From the NCBI GenBank assembly GCA_051294375.1, contig CM119271.1, positions 13,386,473 to 13,450,472 on the forward strand: 64,000 nt of DNA, read 5' to 3'. The notes under the pieces are model-generated. The model made no database searches. It saw only the letters and a list, made by a program, of their open reading frames with translations, and had not been told where the DNA came from. The position numbers and the translations under genes are program-made. This document shows, in pieces, positions 63,489-64,000 of the stretch (the first letter of the stretch is position 1; the number at the start of each line of letters is the position of its first letter). This DNA is from Paraspadella gotoi (Eukaryota > Animalia > Chaetognatha).

Positions 63489-63790
63489 TTCCGAGAGTAC
63501 CCCATTTCTTTTGTTTGCTCTTTTTTCCGAGAGTGCCCCATTTCTGTTCATTTATTCCATAACTTAATTTTAATTTTAATATTTAACCTAAATATATTTT
63601 TAAGCTTATAAAGCAATCCCTAACCCTAACCTAATCTTAAACCTTAACCCTCAACCATAATCCATAATTTTTAATCTTAACCTCTAACCCTAAATGCGAG
63701 TTCTTAATGTTAGAGGATGATTGTTGTAGGCGATGCCATGAAAAAATAACTTAATTCTGAATTTAAGATGAAATGGAGCGTTCTGGGAAA
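63489..63790. mobile_element. Putative member of the IR plus telomere-like MITE family
   Basis: TTCCGAGAGT(A/G)CCCCATTT twice (63489, 63525), a TAACCCTAACCTAATC array at 63620-63695, and inverted end AAATGGAGCGTTCTGGGAAA (63771-63790). Confidence 0.55.
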
Positions 63791-63844
63791 ATAAAGCCGA
63801 AGAAAAGGAAGTGAGGTGATCGTTGGCGGGCGGCAGCGACGACG

Positions 63845-63962
63845 AGGTGAAAAGAGAGGTGAAAAGAGAGGTGAGGAAAGAGGTGAAAAGAGAGGTGAGG
63901 AGAGAGGTGAAAAGAGAGGTGAAAAGAGAGGTAAAAAGAGAGGTGAAAAGAGAGGTGAAAAG
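63845..63962 (+). repeat. 12-bp tandem repeat (GAGGTGAAAAGA) x~10
   Basis: Direct reading. Confidence 0.92.
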
Positions 63963-64000
63963 TGAATTATCATTTAGATACTTTTGCTGTTCAAAACCTG

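Overview
AT-rich eukaryotic (animal-like) genomic DNA dominated by microsatellites ((CT)n, (CGT)n), minisatellites, N gaps and large inverted or direct duplications. Duplicate copies differ mainly by 1-bp indels, so this looks like a poorly polished long-read assembly, and all protein motifs had to be read by eye across frameshifts. No intact host gene is evident and almost all listed ORFs are repeat artefacts. Supported structure: (1) a full-length ~6.35-kb LTR retrotransposon (49190-55543, minus strand) inserted in a 16-bp satellite, with TG..CA LTRs, PBS, PPT, TSD and an empty-site paralog at ~58685. It has a Gypsy-type integrase upstream of the RT (Gmr1-like order), no visible RNase H, and several apparent GT-AG introns interrupting conserved motifs. 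This is the most unusual item. (2) A CR1/L2-like LINE remnant (+) and an R2-group-like LINE remnant (-) converging inside a 6.4-kb-arm inverted repeat. (3) A 7.5-kb palindrome centred on a hAT-like MITE whose true left end and 8-bp TSD lie 9 kb away. (4) A 3'-half tRNA-Leu fragment ending in CCA. (5) A dispersed family of short inverted repeats enclosing telomere-like TTAGG(G) arrays. (6) A weak two-exon candidate for a secreted Cys-rich protein.
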